This document shows, piece by piece, positions 7,401 to 7,785 of a DNA stretch of 7,785 nt; the first letter of the stretch is position 1; the number at the start of each line of letters is the position of its first letter. Position numbers and translations under genes: made by a program. The notes under the pieces were generated by a model. It did no database searches and was not told where the DNA came from. It saw only the letters and a list, made by a program, of their open reading frames with translations. Location: the IMG/VR virus record IMGVR_UViG_2703718848_000004; one strand, 5' to 3'. The stretch comes from a virus. Its lineage: Duplodnaviria > Heunggongvirae > Uroviricota > Caudoviricetes.

Positions 7401-7405
7401 AATGT

Positions 7406-7785
7406 TTAACCAAGAATCAGACAACCATGTGCCGGCTTCACTGATGAAACACCCCATGCCAGTCCAACTTCATAGCGCACCTGGCGATACTGACGATACA
7501 GTGCAATCTGGAACGTAATCCCTGAAATCGGGTCCGTAACATTCATTACATCATCAGCATTATCGCCACCTTCCGGCATTGCCGGAGTACGGGATGCCAG
7601 CAGAAACGCGTTGCGATCAAACGCCATATTTGCAGTAAAGGCCCCAACAACTGTGATGGCAGTATCATCGGCCAGATCCTGACGCAGTCCGGGCGCTGCA
7701 AGAGTAATCAGATTGCTGGTCGCTGCTGCCACAACATACTGATTCGGATCACCAGCGAACGTAACAATCTGACCTGCAGAAATAC
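7406..7785 (-). CDS. probable major capsid protein, C-terminal fragment (continues past the right edge of the window)
   Basis: By hand translation the frame is open from the window edge (...ISAGQIVTFAGDPNQYVV) through the listed GTG at 7732, so the 108-aa track ORF is the tail of a longer protein. The segment AFTANMAFDRNAFLLASRTPAMPEGG feels capsid-like. The call rests on position upstream of the head-tail joining genes and the terminator that follows it, not on confirmed homology. Confidence 0.5.
   Translation of the reverse strand, partial: ISAGQIVTFAGDPNQYVVAAATSNLITLAAPGLRQDLADDTAITVVGAFTANMAFDRNAFLLASRTPAMPEGGDNADDVMNVTDPISGITFQIALYRQYRQVRYEVGLAWGVSSVKPAHGCLILG

Noticed and set aside
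1-7785. Search for a defense system, toxin-antitoxin pair, CRISPR array, tRNA, integrase or attachment site
   Set aside because: Every sizeable ORF is accounted for by the structural gene order from capsid to L. There are no direct-repeat arrays, no tRNA-like cloverleaf candidates that I could see, and no plus-strand genes. The only unassigned coding capacity is the 58-codon ORF after the capsid gene.

Overview
This window is a contiguous block of lambdoid siphovirus (prophage or phage) late structural genes, all on the minus strand and transcribed right to left. In order: the C-terminal end of a probable major capsid protein, four small head-tail joining / tail completion proteins, a tail terminator, the major tail protein, the tail assembly chaperone pair G/GT made by a programmed -1 frameshift, a long tape measure protein (H-like) broken by a run of N, minor tail protein M, and the start of minor tail protein L. 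M, L and parts of the tape measure protein match phage lambda as I recall its sequences; the major tail protein and chaperone do not, which suggests a mosaic module. I found no defense system, toxin, CRISPR array, tRNA or mobile element, and I do not think this window contains an undescribed system. The points worth a second look are regulatory: two intrinsic terminators with cUUCGg tetraloops inside the late operon, a 163-bp non-coding spacer between GT and H, a hairpin that would sequester the chaperone ribosome-binding site, an A_AAA_AAG slippery site, and an unlisted 58-codon ORF after the capsid gene. All homology statements come from reading the translations against remembered sequences, not from a database search.
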